NCBI GenBank assembly: GCA_043228905.1
Contig: JBHGNT010000009.1
Coordinates: 5,828,001 to 5,892,000 of the forward strand
Reading direction: 5' to 3'
Length of the DNA: 64,000 nucleotides
From: Azolla caroliniana
Lineage: Eukaryota; Plantae; Polypodiophyta
Of the stretch, positions 38,154-52,092 are shown piece by piece. Numbering within the stretch: the first letter of the stretch is position 1; each line of letters starts with the position of its first letter. A program made the translations under genes and the position numbers. Under the pieces are notes generated by a model. It did not search any database and was not told where the DNA came from. It worked only from the letters and a program-made list of their open reading frames with translations.

Positions 38154-39830
38154 TTACACTTCATCCTCATTGAGTAGCATATTTGGGATACCTTTAACAA
38201 CCGGAAAACGTCTCCCTGTCTCAGGACATATTAATGCACCTTCTTCCAGATGCACCTATAGACACAGGGACAAGTAGAATATAAACTAAAGAACCCAGAC
38301 TTTTTTACACACTTTGGATCAACCACCATATTAAGCAAAGAATTCACAACCTTTCAGACACTCAAGATAAAGTTACATATCGAACATAGAGCTCACAACT
38401 TTTCAGACCTTTCAGAATGATACGAGACACATACCTCTAGCAATGCATGATGAAATTTCTGCAAGAATTCATCATCTGCCAACATTTCGGACTCCACTTG
38501 GTCAGGGAGATTGTCCACACCCAGCTGAAGCATTAGCCAAGGGGTAAACATTATTCAGAATGCTTAAATCAAACGTGAATCATTCACTAAAGGCAGCAAT
38601 TGTTCAGCACACAAAATACGACGTAGAATCCAGACAAAGGAAAACATCTCAAATACTCTTGCACTTCTCTTCATTTCTGAATGCTCGAGTTCCATTCGAG
38701 ACCGTCAGTTTTGGTGTCACGAAAAGCAAAGCATGCAAAAACAATGATAGTGGAAAGCAAAAAGACACAATAATAGTTCACCAGGCAAAATCAAAGCTAG
38801 AATGGACAAAACTTTTCAATAACAAAGCAAGAGCGAAGAAAGTTTTTTTTGGCGAGGCCCTTTTAAGTATCGCATACCACAATCTCTAGGATATCTCCTT
38901 CAAAGAAAGATTGTATTGAATGCCAAATTTCAAGCAAGACAACACATCTTGTTGAGAATCCAAATTCAGGCAAAACTGACAGAAGAAGTTGTTTAGAAGC
39001 TACAGAATCCAAGGAAGATAACAAGGTTAATTAAAAAAATTAACATAAAATCTTACGAGTAGAAAAGGCACAACACAAAACAGTTCTGAATGCAAAAGAA
39101 TCAAAATAAATACAACATGGATCACATTTTTTATATGCCTTCACTTGCAAAGAAACCAACAGAATTCGTTTTAAAGGAAAATGGAGATCCAAATTCAAAT
39201 AAAAACAATCTCAAATTTCCAAATCCAGACAAAGATTGTTCAGATTGCAAAAATCTGAACCAAGACATCCAAATTTCTTAATACATTCCAAACTCAAGAA
39301 AAGACCATAAAGAAGACTATTCAAAGGAGTTGCAAACAAAACCAAAACAACAAAAACAGCTGAAAAATGCCAGATTCAATCAGCTTTCCACATTCAAGAA
39401 AGAACAGATTGTTTCACATCTTGAATGCAATCATGAGATTGCTGGAAATTCCAAATTCATACAGAGATTGATGGGAATGCAAAAACTCATAAAAGAAACA
39501 AAGATCGTCAAAGATGCAAACGCAAATGACAACAAGGATAGTTCAGCATGCAGACAGACACGCGTCAGCATGTACCCCTAATATTGCAAAGAAGCCAGAA
39601 CTAGCAAACAAAACTTACCACAAACTTAGCCACAGGGGGAAAGGAAAACTCACAGTTTTGGCAGCCTCACGGAAGGCTTTCCATTCGATCTTAGGGAAGA
39701 TGTTGCGAAGGAACTCAGGATTGACCTCGGCCTCCTTAGTCTCTACGGAGGTAGCTTCAATGGCGAGAGGGAAACCATTGGAGACTCCCTTGATGTTGCA
39801 GGAAAGCATGTTGTGTGTGAGGAGCCTCAT
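38154..39830 (-). CDS. TRM112: Multifunctional methyltransferase activator subunit TRM112; exons 39830-39654, 38524-38435, 38255-38154 (122 aa)
   Basis: [16 protein letters not shown]...[44 protein letters not shown]; GT-AG introns in phase 0. Confidence 0.96.
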
Positions 39831-40004
39831 GGCTGGCTCTCCTTCTCTCCTCGGGTCGGGACCTCTACACGAAGAAACTGCTGCGCCCGCGTGCGTCTCG
39901 AAGCTTCTAGAAGCTTCTCCTTCGGATCGATTCTTATTTATATCTGCATTCTGGGAACGAGAGAGACACAGAGAGAGAGAAACCCTTGATGCTCTCTTCC
40001 AATG

Positions 40005-40006
40005 CG

Positions 40007-40049
<43 letters not shown>

Positions 40050-40500
40050 GTATGTATGTATATGTATGTATATGTATATGTATGTGTATGTATGAATGTT
40101 ATGTATGTATGTATATGTATGTAGGTATGCTATTTGTGTTGGGGACGCTTACAAAACACAATGCATACTGAATTAAGTGAATGAATGAGAGTCTTTTTTA
40201 AGAGATCAAGATGGTCAGGGGCCTATAACTAAGTAAAAGACAGACCAAACAAGAGAGAGATCATCACATGTTAAGGACAACAAACCTAGCACATAAATGT
40301 CGGTTGCTCATGGTGTTGATTTTTTGAGTCCCACCGGAGACACATGAATCAGTGTTTTTTGTGTGGTGGATGGAGTACAATGAAGAGCGGGTGAGGTACA
40401 CACACACACACACATATATATATATACTACACACATACATATGTATGTATATGTATATATATGTCTATGTTGTATATGTATATGTATAGCATATCCTTGT
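40005..40500. repeat. (TATATG)n/(TATG)n/(CA)n/(TA)n microsatellites in the divergent intergenic region
   Basis: Arrays at 40006-40125 and 40398-40490. Confidence 0.85.
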
Positions 40501-41110
40501 ATGTGTAGATATGCATATGATTGATTCGGTTTATTTATTCAAGTTCAAATTCGTCTTTGCATCACATTTCGACCCAACTTTTACTTTACACACTCTGGTG
40601 TCCAACCATGTGGAGTTTCGAGGGAATTGAAAAGAAAAGAGCGAAGACACAGGTAGGTAGGTATGTATTCTATGCAAAAGCTATGCCTTTCTTATGTTCC
40701 AACTTTCAACGGCATGAGTTTATCACTATATGGAAAGCTACTCCATTCATGACAACCAACTATGGTACTCCTTATTGGCATTTTCAACCTCTGAAATGGT
40801 TGTTCCCCCCCCCCCCCCCAATCACATAGAATTTAAATCTTGTAAAATGGTTACACTAATGACAGGATATCTTCTTAAAAAAAAGAAGAAGTTAAGTATG
40901 TAACTTGTATGTGACAACCAAATTTTGTTTTGTTTTGTTTTTTGTTTTTGGGAGGAGGGGCATATCGGGAATAAAACGGGGAAAAGAGAAGGGGGGGTAT
41001 TGTATGGAAATATGTAAAACCAGAAGAAAGCAAGAAAGACAGAAAGACAGAAAGAAGAAGTAGAAGAAGGTTTTTTTAGCAGGCTGCAGGAGGCCACACA
41101 TTGATGAGCC

Positions 41111-44100
41111 ATGGCGGGAAGCACCTCCCCCTTCCCTTCCCCTGCACCCTCCATCGCCATCGCTATCTCCGCCTTCTCCATTCCTTCCTACACTACCTCC
41201 CTCTCCCTGCACCGCAAGAAACAGAAGGTCCGGAAGCATCCTTGGCCCCCCCATCCTTCCCCTTCTCTTCAGATGCAAACTTCCCACTCCTCGTCCTTCG
41301 ATGGAATACTGTCAAAACATACGTCTTCTCTCTGCAACTGCATACACCACAACCTTCTTCCATGTCCACCCTCCGCCTCTTCAACTTCTCTTCTGCAAAC
41401 ATCGCACTCGTTCCGTGGAATATCGAAGAAGTCGTCATCGTTTGGCACTCGAGTACAGTATCCTTCTGTGCCTCTCTGTTTTGATTCAAGGGGAGCAAGT
41501 TCTCGCACCACATCGGTCTGCTGCACACGGAGAGACTCTTTATTACAGAGGGATTACGCAGAAAAATCAGAGTTAACGCTTCAGGAGGTCTTGCAAAGGG
41601 TCATTTTTGCTCTAGGTGTGGATAATTGTCCTCTCAATGCTCATTTCACAGCAAAAGGTATGAAGCACATGATCATGATATCAATTCACTTCGTTTTCCA
41701 AATTAGAATTGCCGTGAGAAGCTTTGTACTATGTCAAAAAAATGCCAGTTTTGTGTGAAACACTGTGTTGATTGTGGTGTTTTGGGGTTTATGCCTCTCT
41801 GCTGTATTTTTTAGAAAAGCTTTGAATTATTTCTAATCATGCCATTTCTGTTTTATATCGAGTCTTCCTCCTACCTGAAGCTTCATGTTAGCTCAATTTT
41901 TATATGAAATGTCACACTGCCATATCGGGCATGGTACCATCCACGAACATTCTTGAATTGTCTATGTAAAAACGTTATATCAGATTTTTTTGTCTCTTAT
42001 GATATCAATGCATGCCATTTCTGTATGTAAAATGGAACACCTACTACTGGATATTGAGTTCTCTGCCTCGCTATATTGAAGTTTTTTGCCTTCTATATTG
42101 ATTCTGATTATGCCTTCGCATGCCATTTCTGTATTTAAAATGCTTTGTGGACTATGATAGTTTGAGAGTTTATCATTGATACTGGGAATTAGTTTTGGTA
42201 CATGGATTTCCATGCTCCGGGAGGAGTAAATACCATGTGCGGATTATGGATTTTGTTACAATCCTTCAAACCTCTTTGAAGTCGTAACCCTCAGTAATGC
42301 TCAAGAGGTAGTGGTTTATTCATTATAATTCCCAAGTTTGTGAAGGAAAAAGTAGTAGAGTTGAAATTGTGCGAAGGAAAGTCCATGTGTCTTGCCCATT
42401 CTATGCTGAAAAATATCTGCAAACTGCCATAGTTTCTTTCTGATACTTGCCAATAGTGAACTCTTAAGGGGTTGACGCTCCAAGAATGGAGAAATGGCAA
42501 ACCTATCATTTTAACCACATGCCCTGAATTTCTGATGACGCTTATATGTAGTTTTTATGCTCAAGCATGATGCATAGTCCACAGCCCAATGTACCTACAT
42601 GGCATTATTGTAAGTGGTAAATTAATTTTATGCAGCTAGGCAGGCAAGCATGCTTTGGTTTGGAGGGTGATTGGCAACTAACATGGTGTTTAGATGGTCG
42701 GTTTTATGAGCACTTCAATAGTGAAGAAATGGAATTTCAATATGGATTTGATGGCAAAGAGAGCCCCTGGCATGCTGATGCAGGAGGGCATGTTTCAGCT
42801 TTAGAACTTGACAATTTAGAGGTACATTGGATTCTTTATAAAAGAAACAACTACAACGTGAAACTGAATGATGTCTTTACTTTAGGCCTGCCTACTAGCT
42901 TCATGGATAAGGACAGGGTACTGGGTTACTGAACAAGGACAGAAAATTCTGCTTATCGAGAAGGGGAAAAAACAATGTTTGGCTGAGGATCCTCTTGCTG
43001 CAGATGAGATCTGGTTGTCTGTCTCTTTAAAGGGTAAGAAGGTAATATTCTCTCTAGTCGTACATCATTCAACAATTTATAGGAATTACTGTGTCAACTA
43101 TGTGAAATGTTAGGGAAAAGCTATACTGAGTTTCTTTGGATAATCGATGATTTGTCACAGGTAGAGACTTATATTTTGGTTGATTCTCTCACATGGCTAC
43201 CACGAAGAATGGAAATGAAAGCATTTGGCGGAATCGAAATCTGGGAATTTGTAGGATGGGAAAATGTCACGGTAATGATAATTTTTACATGTTTTGCAGT
43301 GGATGTGTGGAATATTTGTTTTTCTGCTTTCAATGTATAGTTCTAGATTCCTTCATCATTGGAAGGAGCGTATCATAGGAACAATTGCATAAGTGATTCT
43401 ATCTGAATATTAATTATGAGGTTTTATATTTGGGTGTTGCAGCCTGAAGTAAGATTCAAGTTTCCAGTATTGACGCTTTTCTTCCCTGCTGCTGGAGGAA
43501 AGCATTTATATAAAGTTGAGAACGATGGCATATCTTGCAACCAGGGTCAGCAAAACCCTTGTTTTTATACCCATCCATCTACATCGATACTGCCGCGCAA
43601 TAGTGCAAACAGTCCTCGTATACAATTAGACAAGTCATGTTCACCATCAGTTAAGGTAAGATCAGCGGTGCATGTGTTATAGGATCTCAAAGGCAATAGC
43701 TGTGCCTTCGCAATGCCATCCCCATAATTTTGACACTATCATGTTTGAAATGTTTTAAGCACATGTATGTTTGTAGAATACTTTATGTAGATATCCTCAC
43801 TTATATTACCTCGTCAATTGTTTCTGTACTGGTGAGTGTCTACAATTCTAACTATAAAAGTTCTATCTGAGGCTTGTAATTTAGCCTTTTCAAGTTTTCT
43901 TTTCTTCTTTGAGCAGATGATCCCAGCAAGAAGTGGGCATCATCTTGTTTCTCCATTAATTGACGGAGTAAATATGGGGTTAGTCATGTTCCTGTCTATT
44001 GAAGCATTGAATTGTAGTTTTCTGTCTTTTACCTAGACTGATGGTGAGGTTCTTTGAAATGAGCTTTATAGTTAATATGGCATGTGACAGATATTTCATT

Positions 44101-47100
44101 GTTGACACTGGAGCAAGTGGTTTGGTTATTTCTGGAAAGAAGGTGAGAAACTCTTTTGCTTTAGTTGAGTGCGTTTAGGTGCTTATTCAGGTGTTTTTTC
44201 TTGACTAGACAATATGCTTATAAAGAAAAGATAGAAGTGAGTTGTTAAAATGTAAATTACAACCACGAAACTGCATGCAAACATATAGTGTTTGTTTTTC
44301 AAGTAGAATTATCAGGTGATTATTGAAAATAGATGATAAAGTCGTGTGCTATTTGATTTTTGGGAAGTTTCATTAAGGCTGAAAATTTATCGGTGTATTT
44401 CCTCTATATTTATACTTCACGAGGTACTACTAAAAATAAATTAGCATTATGTACGACCATAATGTCATGATGATTTTTATCTACTTTCACCTCATTGTTA
44501 TGTTCATCTATGACAATTAGGAAGGCAAAAGTCTGTATTTACCACTATGAGATATTAATTGTGAAATGTATTATATCGTATAAGGGTAAAAAGAAAATGC
44601 ATGCACCTTGATTTTGAATCTATAGTAAATGGAAACATGTGTTTCTTGCTTATTAAATCCTTATTCTAGAAAAGCTGCATGTATTTTCTGCAGGCAGACG
44701 AAGTCAATATGGGCTCCTTCGGGGAGGCCTTTATCACAGGTGTAGAAGGCAATGTAAGAAAATCTTCCAAAATTCATCAAATTGTGCTCTATACTCCTAA
44801 ATTCTTTGATTTCAGATGCAAGCATATTTATGGTCACTACATAAGGTTAAAAATCTCTGGCAACACGTTCAGTTTTAAATACAGACGGTTGATTATGTAG
44901 AGGCTGAATAAAATGTTGTAAGAATTGTTGCCTCCCACCACAATTTACAATGGTCATTCTGGGGCGTTGGAACTTTATAGGTATATGCTCATATCTCAAG
45001 ATGGCAGAAACGTAGATGAATGTATTTTAAATTTGTAAGATGAAAAGATTATATGTTAAGGTAGATCCTAGGGTCCATTTACAACTGATCATCTTGATTT
45101 ACCTTCACTTGTGTTTTTTAATCGCGTTATGTATTCCTGAGTGTTTTTTTAATGGTGTCATGTAATCCTTTTGAAGATTCCTGTACCCTGCAATTATATT
45201 GAGACAAGAAGTAACTGGATACATGCAATATGTGGGCTCATAGTACCATCTGCAATGTGATTCCATAAACTTGTCAAAGGATTGGGTAACTTAACCTCTT
45301 CTGGAGAAACCATGCTGCAGCAGATATCATTTGTCACATAGAATGAGACCACTCTGTTTTAGCTTTTCTGTTCACTTCTCGGATTTTGCATGAAAATCCT
45401 GCTTCTCTAAGTTAATTACGTTAATTATATCAGAAGCTTTAGAATGTGAGGGAACAGTGAAACCAAACACATATCGACTGAGCTGCAGAGGGAAAGAATT
45501 ATCAAGGCTCAGCAGTGTCAATTTAGGACCTGTGGACGGTGGTATGCAACTGTCCAGAGTTGTATAGGTCACTTCTATTTAGACAGCATAAGTAGCAAAA
45601 GAAATCTTGTCTAGAGGAAAGGGAACATGCAACTTGTATGTTATTGAATGGTCTCTGATTAAGCTGATGTAAATTCCAAATTAAATTCCTACTTTTGTTT
45701 TAATATTCATATCTTTGATAGTGTCTTCCAGTTCAAGACATGTTTTAGAAAAGGAAAATCTTTTCAGCTTGGACCATTCACAATACACAATCCAATATTT
45801 ATACAGGTACGCAACCAAGATTTATATATGATATCGATATTTATTGGGTTAGATTTTCTTGATGAGTGCGTATAATGTGCAATTATACAAATGCATGTCT
45901 TTAAAAATCACAGGCTCCTTCAGATGAGGTTGTTAGAGGAGTGACTGAAACGATTTCAGGGATCTGTGGATATGACATCTTTTGCCAAACTATTGTTGAG
46001 GTACATTATCACCTAAAAAAGTTAAGTAGATATGGATTCTTGTCATATTATTTTCATGCACTCCATACAAAATTAATTTGACAAATTTACATTCCTTGAG
46101 GTGAAGACCGCTTGTGCTTGTGTAAATATGTGCTCATTGGCAACATTTTTGGATCCATTTGTCTTTTAAATCAGTGCTTAATCACATTGATCATATCTCT
46201 TGTGCATTGATTTCTTGAAATAAATTGTGCAGATGGCAAGTGCAGAGTTTCGAATATCATTCTATGACCCATTGTTGTACAAACAATATCGGTCTGAAAT
46301 AAAGTGGGAGGTAAATGTTTTTGACTAAAGCTGTATTATGAACCCATAAAGAAAGTGATTTTTACCCTTTCCATTTGAAACAGCATTAGGGTTCTATTTC
46401 CTGTATTGATCTCAGGGTAAAACTCTGAAATAACCCAGATTTGTTTTTCTTAATCTCCCCAAGTGACCCTAAGTTTTTGTTTTTCTCTCAAATGCCCTTC
46501 CTTGAGTGCTCCTGAACATTCCTTTGTTTCTTATATGCCAGCACATTTTTATTTACCCCTTCCTATTCTTAGGTTCTATTATTTTTAGGTTTAAGGTCTA
46601 GGCGTTATAGCCTTTTTAGGGATTCATGAACTTCTACATCTTTTAATCTTTATACTGTAAACAATCCTTTTCTAGCTTACATGTTTCTGATTGTTTTGGA
46701 AATGATGAGCATGATACACCAGGTTAAGAGTTTTATTCAAAGTAAGAACATCTCACTAGTTTAATCAATTGAGAGGCAATGTTATCGTAGTAGTCATCTA
46801 CTCGTTCAGTATTGCAGTAGAGTACACCATCAGATCTGAGTAATTGCTAACACCCTTTTTTATAGGACCTGTATATGCTCGACAACACTCCTCATGCTGT
46901 AGCTAAATTCAAGGGACATAGTGCTATCTTCATGCTGGACACAGGGGCAGGAGGAATAGATATTATTTTTCATAAAAGGGCTGTTGAAAAGTTCAATTTA
47001 AATGCTAGTCTGGATTGGAGAGGTGTAGCTGAAGTTACTGGTTTGGGGACAGGAAGCAAAGGGATTAAGGTATACATGTTAGAACTTTACTTCTTAAATT

Positions 47101-47677
47101 ATATATCAATGTTTTCCTCATAGAATAACATATTAACATTTACATGCTATTAGCATTTTGCTTCATCATTTTTCATGCGCTATTGCATATTAGCATTTTC
47201 TTTGTCGATTACATATTAACATTTGCTTGCTAGATTAAATTTTAACATTTGCTTGCCATGTTACATTTCACCAGTTGCTTGATCACATCATGATCAATCG
47301 CTTGCTTGCTTGATCACATGTTGATGATCATTTGCTTGTTATATCACATGTTTTGGTCGTTTGCTTGCTAGATTATATAGTAGCATTTACTTGCTAGATT
47401 TGTTTTGGCATTTCATCTGATATATTACAAGGTATATATTTGGATGATTTTTTATGATGCTCCCTCTGTCCTATAGGTTGAGCAAGGGATTCTAGATTTG
47501 GTAGAATTTGGTGGCCATACATTCTCACGAGTTCGAACATTACATTTCAGTGCCGACGAGCAGGCATTGGATATCTCCATTTATACATCAGGAGTATTGT
47601 GTGGAGAATTAATTTTAAAACACGTTGCTATTTTTGACTATCAAAGTCGCCGTTTCGCCCTTGTGCAAACGCAATAA
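41111..47677 (+). CDS. Uncharacterised protein with a transit-peptide-like N-terminus and two tandem retropepsin-like aspartic protease domains; 13 exons: 41111-41657, 42640-42821, 42886-43041, 43161-43271, 43443-43655, 43917-43978, 44091-44142, 44694-44753, 45732-45806, 45914-46000, 46233-46310, 46866-47069, 47477-47677 (~675 aa)
   Basis: All 12 introns are GT-AG and join into one open frame. Domain 1: LVSPLIDGVNMGYFIVDTGASGLVIS...ISGICGYDIF. Domain 2: HAVAKFKGHSAIFMLDTGAGGIDIIF...SGVLCGELILKHVAIFDYQSRRFAL. The N-terminal ~140 aa are Ser/Thr/Pro/Arg-rich and nearly free of acidic residues. Confidence 0.85.
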
Positions 47678-48840
47678 TGATTTCCACCCAATTGTGGTTA
47701 TCCATTACATTCACATCACTATTCCAATGTAGGGTTCAAATTCCAACTTCTAACATTTTGGGATCGATTTTCCCAATATCCTTTTTTATTATTATACATA
47801 AATGGGTATTGATGATAGCTATTGAACATCCAAAAATTAACATTTGAAGTGATGTAACATAATTGAGAATTTCAATTAACAAATAAGTGAATTATGTCAT
47901 CAATCTCATGCCAGATTTTAATGTCTATGAATGGAGCTTTTAGTAGATTCATAATGCAATTCAATGCCCAAGTCTAGATCTTTAACCTCACATAAGGTTT
48001 TAATGTTTGCGTTAAATGGAATTTTAATCAGAATTACAATCTAGTTGTGCTAATTCCAGTTGCATAACAATCAAATCTAATTCTTCTAGAAGTTGATCTT
48101 GTCAAGAGTCGCTATGATTTTCAAACTGTAGACAAACCATCTTCTCTTGAAACAATGGATCTACAAATTCAGTTTCCATAACCCTTCTCAAAAGAGCTTC
48201 CTAAACTCAAAGAGTTGTCAATGACATGCGGAAGTTGTCATTGAGGGTTTCTTTTATATATTTATTTCATACACAGCTAGCTGGTTTTATGAATAAGAAA
48301 GCTTAAATGTCTCACTAATTCAATAATGGGAAACTTTGAAAGTGTGGTATGCTTGAAGTAAGAAAACGGCTCAACAATGCTCATGCATGTATGTACTGCT
48401 AATAAGTTGTGATAGAGGGCATTCTGGGAATTTTATTCCGGTAATGCCTTGGAGCACCTATGGGGTGGGGTATGTTTACAAGGCATGCCAACTTCCCCAC
48501 CTTATCATTGTTGGTAGTCTTGTATGGCGAGTAACCAACGAGGCAGGGTATTTTCTGTATTTGTTTCGCGATCTCTCTCTCTCTCTCTTATATATACTGT
48601 TATACATATTATGTATGTATGTATTTATGTATGTATGTGCATATTATAGATATGTACTATGCATTTATGTATGATTGTATGTATGTATTTGTATGTATGT
48701 ATTTGTATGTATGGATTTGTATGTATGTATTATATGTATGTACGCATACGTATGAAGGAAGGAAGTGGTGGCCATTTCTGCAATTTCCGTTTTCGTAATA
48801 CTTAAAGAAAAAGAAAGAAGGTTCGTCTGAGGTCTAGAAA

Positions 48841-48849
48841 TTAGGGTTT
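48841..48849 (-). promoter_or_regulatory. Telo-box (AAACCCTAA) upstream of NOP10
   Basis: TTAGGGTTT ~90 bp upstream of the NOP10 ATG; telo-boxes are known in plant ribosome-biogenesis gene promoters/5' UTRs. Confidence 0.55.
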
Positions 48850-48935
48850 TTGGCTACGTTCCACAAAGACGGAGACGCAGAGCTGCGGGCACTGGGACTT
48901 CTTCTTCTTCTTCTTCTTCTTCTGCTTGAGTCATC

Positions 48936-49515
48936 ATGTATCTTATGTTCTACACAAACGAAAATGGCGACAAGGTCTACACCTTACAGGTCTGTGTTTA
49001 TCTGTGTTGGGGAGGGAGGGAGAGAGAGAGAGAGAGTCTTTTTGTTTGAAGTTTATGTTTATATATTTATCGGAGTTTTCTAATCCATTAGAATAAAGAA
49101 CAAGGAATCTCTGATCCATTCATGATTTCGTCCATGTTTCTTTCTTTGTGACCTAAAGAAGATTGGCTAAAATATATTATTCTCTCCGCTTTTTGCAGAA
49201 GGAATCTCCTGAAGGAGGTCCAACACAGTCTGCACATCCAGGTAATCCTTCTGATTCTTTTTTAACCTTCTCCGCTTTTGTATATCTTTTTCTTTTTCTG
49301 TTTTTAGATTAAATTTATGAGCTTCCATTTGAGGCTTCTGCGGATTTCTTCCACTTTTCATTTTGGTTCTACGTAATAATATTTTTCTGCTATTGTTTTA
49401 TGCGAATTTTAATGTAGCCCGCTTTTCACCGGATGATAAATTCTCCAAGCATCGTGTTGTGTTGAAGAAGCGCTTTGGTCTTCTTCCTACTCAGGGACCT
49501 CCTCAAGAATATTAG
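48936..49515 (+). CDS. NOP10: H/ACA ribonucleoprotein complex subunit 3 (Nop10); exons 48936-48989, 49199-49241, 49418-49515 (64 aa)
   Basis: Spliced translation [64 protein letters not shown] carries the SAHPARFSPDD signature. Confidence 0.96.
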
Positions 49516-51964
49516 TTCTGGATTGTCTGAGCATGTGAAAGAGAATTACTCTAATAGTCTCCTATACCAGTCAACAGATTCAATCATGAGTTTAAACATT
49601 ATAAATCCAATTGAATGCTGCATCTAGATGTGTTGATTAAGAATGTACTATTTTGGTAATGTCCGATGAGTTGAGTTCTATAAGGTCTTGATTCATGTAA
49701 TTGATCAGCTTGGTTAACAAGTATGATTAGAGAAATTGGTTAATGTGCAAATTCTGATGATTTGTGTTCAGATGATGCTGCATTGTTTTGAGATTATATC
49801 TTCTTTAATTTTATATTTGATGAGGGTTGAGTTGAGATTTGATCCACATGTAACAAAAATAGTATTATAACGATCATAAATCTTCAACGCATTTAGCTGT
49901 TTTATATTTCATAATTTAAACTTCCCTTAATGTTGTGGCTTTGTGTCATCATGTACCTCGCTTGTATTGAATAAGATTCGTTACATTGCATACATAAATA
50001 CATTGATTCTATTAAACAGCCAGTGTGCATGCTGTAGTACTGTAAAACTCATATTTAGGCATTTTGTTGGGGGATCTTTAGTAGCTTGGTCATAAAATGG
50101 AGAACTCTTTAAGCCGACCGAAGATGGTTAGAAGTTAGAACATGGAGAGAATAGTTATAGTTGCAGCAGTTGGTGAATAGTTCCTTGGCAACATTGTGAA
50201 TGTAAGATGCGACTAATTAGATTCAACATATGTAAGTGGTAAGATTGTAGAGCTGGAGCATTACCAGCACAAATCTTGATGAAGATGAGGTTGCTGTGTA
50301 CATGAATTGGAGTGTCTGCCATTTAATTATTCTACACATCCTTATGTTGATTTCAACTTCTTTCTTTGTGATAAACTTCTAGCTAGCTGTCCACAAACTC
50401 CACAATTGGCAATTTGTTTGCAGGTTCATGTGCTGAGTTGAATAGCCTCTTCCAAGGATGAGTAGCTTATCTTTAAATAATAATATTGCACCACTAATGC
50501 TGTAATTGCTACCGAAAATAATTCATTGTATCAATGTATGTGCATGTAAGTTTATTCCCAAGCAATTGACATGATATAAACAAAAGGGCTACTATGATAA
50601 TATCACACCATATGTTGGGGTGTTTGCGATGAAGGGAAATGAGCAATTCTTTGTTTTATTTTCCACCAATGCAAAGTGTTTTGTGATAATTAAGTGAACA
50701 TTGGTAGTACTTGTCACCTAAACTTAGGTAGGTTTAATTTGGGTTTCAAGAGACGTAATGGATATCTACATGGTAAACTTTCAATATAGTCATATTATGG
50801 TATTGGACAATGAATTTTTAGCTAATTTGTTGATATGTTTGCCCATGTCGTCATTAGGCAAATGTGTGTGGGATGATCTTTGGGTGTATTAAAAATACCC
50901 TGGTATACCATACTCTTTAGACTTATAGATTTTGGTATACCATACTGTTTAGCTTTATAGATTTTGAGTTTTATTCTGAGAGATGATGTAGGACAATTCA
51001 CTAAGTCTAACATTTATAATCAACTTTATTCATATGAAAAAATGTTTATTGTAGAGATACCTACGTGCAATAGGTTGCTTCTATAGTGGAGAAGATCAAT
51101 GCATTATGATTATCTTGAACCTAAGAGAATGTTCATGTTAAAGTAGGCTTCCATACCCACTCTAAAACATGGAGAAGATTGCTCAACATGTTTGGTCCAC
51201 TTGAGGCATTCATCATATGCAAATCATGCACTTCACATTACCTTACTTTACCACACCAACGGACATCAAATACCATGTTTGATTACCACAACTCATCCCA
51301 TCGTATTGTTATCCACTTCATGCTTGTATAAACCATCATTAACAATTTTCACAGCCTACGCATTAAGATCATTATCATGGTTCTTATGTAAACCAAGAGC
51401 TTCTAATTTCGTTTTGGTTTGGATAATAATCTAATTGTTGGGCAAATGATCATGATACATATGTAGATCAACATTATTGGGCTCTAGTAGACATTGATGC
51501 ATCTTTCTCTCATTCTACTTGTGATTAAAATGCTAGAAACCGAAATGGTGCAAATCCTTACATGTCTACTCACAAAGGACATATATATGTTTCTTATTGC
51601 CTTTTTAATGGCAAGATTGGTGGCTCTACACATCAAATACATAAAAATGACGCTTATCCAATTATATAATTCTAAGACACCGTTTCACATTAGATAAAGA
51701 GAGTAGAAAAGGAAGACCAATTTCCTTGAAACTCTACAAATTTTGTACCTATTTGTTTGTTTCACCGCCCTTCTGCTTTCGGCGACACGAAAATTTGCCA
51801 TATATTTTACGATTGAGTTCATGAGTTGTACATTAATATATTTGTATACGTTGCTGTCTTATTAGAAGAATAAGACGTGACGGTAGTATGTCAGTCTTCA
51901 ACATAACTGGAATGTGATGTTTCTTGTAATACTGATATGATAACCCATGAAGGGTTATGGCTTT

Positions 51965-51995
<31 letters not shown>

Positions 51996-52092
51996 AAGAA
52001 GCATTTGCCATTTATGAAATCACCCTAAATTTGCTCATATGTTTATTGAATGGATGTTGGGTTTTCTTTCTTCTCTTCAAAACCCATGACAG

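Noticed and set aside
39514-40095. 193-aa plus-strand ORF
   Set aside because: Antisense shadow of TRM112 exon 1 running into a (TATATG)n repeat.
46700-46840. Intronic C/D-box snoRNA (ATGATGA...CTGA)
   Set aside because: No terminal stem and no recognisable rRNA antisense element; such motifs arise by chance in AT-rich introns.
41111-47677. Protease gene as a retrotransposon remnant or a pepsin-family (A1) enzyme
   Set aside because: Twelve canonical introns, an intact frame and no gag/RT/LTR context; short retropepsin-like domains without evident A1 features.
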